The notes under the pieces are model-generated. The model was given only the letters and a program-made list of their open reading frames with translations. It was not told the DNA's origin and made no database searches. 64,000 nt of DNA from Eubacteriales bacterium (GTDB lineage Bacteria > Bacillota > Clostridia > Christensenellales > CAG-917), in NCBI GenBank assembly GCA_035449045.1, contig DAOTKC010000005.1, positions 1,596 to 65,595 of the forward strand. The letters are read 5' to 3'. A program made the position numbers and the translations under genes. Numbering within the stretch: position 1 is the stretch's first letter; each line of letters begins with the position of its first letter. Below, piece by piece: positions 63,843 to 64,000 of the stretch.

Positions 63843-64000
63843 TTAAACACAGTTATCGCCACAGATACCGTTATATTTTTTCAAAAACTTCTCTCTGAAG
63901 TCTAAAAAGCGGTCTTCGCTGATGGCGGCGCGGATATCGCGCGTGAGCCTCATCAAAAAGCGGAGATTGTGAATGGTCAAAAGCCTTCCGCCCAAAATTT
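63843..64000 (-). CDS. tgt: Queuine tRNA-ribosyltransferase, C-terminal end (gene enters from the right window edge)
   Basis: My own minus-strand translation reads ...[51 protein letters not shown]. This is the typical Tgt C-terminus, with tgt-yajC synteny. Confidence 0.8.
   Translation of the reverse strand, partial: ILGGRLLTIHNLRFLMRLTRDIRAAISEDRFLDFREKFLKKYNGICGDNCV

Noticed and set aside
1-64000. Prophage, IS element, integrative element or defence island
   Set aside because: I recognised no integrase, transposase, recombinase, restriction, toxin-antitoxin, Cas or abortive-infection-like proteins in any frame. The gene content is conserved housekeeping and sporulation synteny throughout.

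Overview
This 64-kb window is a core chromosomal segment of an endospore-forming Firmicute. It looks Clostridia-like, with mid-range GC and sigE/sigG/spoIIGA, ytfJ and ylmC present. 55 of the 58 CDSs called lie on the minus strand, many translationally coupled by short overlaps of 1-17 nt (one of 49 nt). Reading left to right: an nfo-like fragment; ribF-truB-nrnA-rbfA-infB-ylxQ-ylxR-nusA-rimP; rnhA-proC; a lone tRNA-Trp; cmk-plsC-ispH::S1 fusion; an HI0933-type flavoprotein; surE; a four-gene biotin-dependent carboxyl-transfer cluster; rluB-dacB-ytfJ-DUF2953-scpB-scpA-M50 protease-lysA; and a second DD-carboxypeptidase. A small plus-strand islet follows, holding a receiver-less Spo0A C-domain protein and a polytopic membrane protein. 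Next come ylmC-sigG-sigE-spoIIGA and a dcw cluster (ftsZ-ftsA-ftsQ-murA-ftsW/spoVE-murD-mraY-murE-PBP-FtsL-slot protein-rsmH-mraZ). The window ends with pnp-rpsO, hemZ, an MBL hydrolase, relA, recJ, secF-secD, two membrane proteins, yajC and the tgt 3' end. I saw no CRISPR array, transposase, integrase, prophage or recognisable defence genes. The less ordinary content is non-coding or regulatory. (1) A dispersed intergenic repeat family occurs at five or more sites, some with MITE-like inverted ends. (2) Two inverted-repeat-bounded structured modules share a CCCCATTGA palindrome. (3) The orphan Spo0A_C plus membrane-protein islet carries repeated upstream motifs. (4) The carboxylase cluster is transcarboxylase-like but also encodes an OadG-like anchor and lacks a beta pump. 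All functional calls rest on reading the translations and on synteny. No database search was run.
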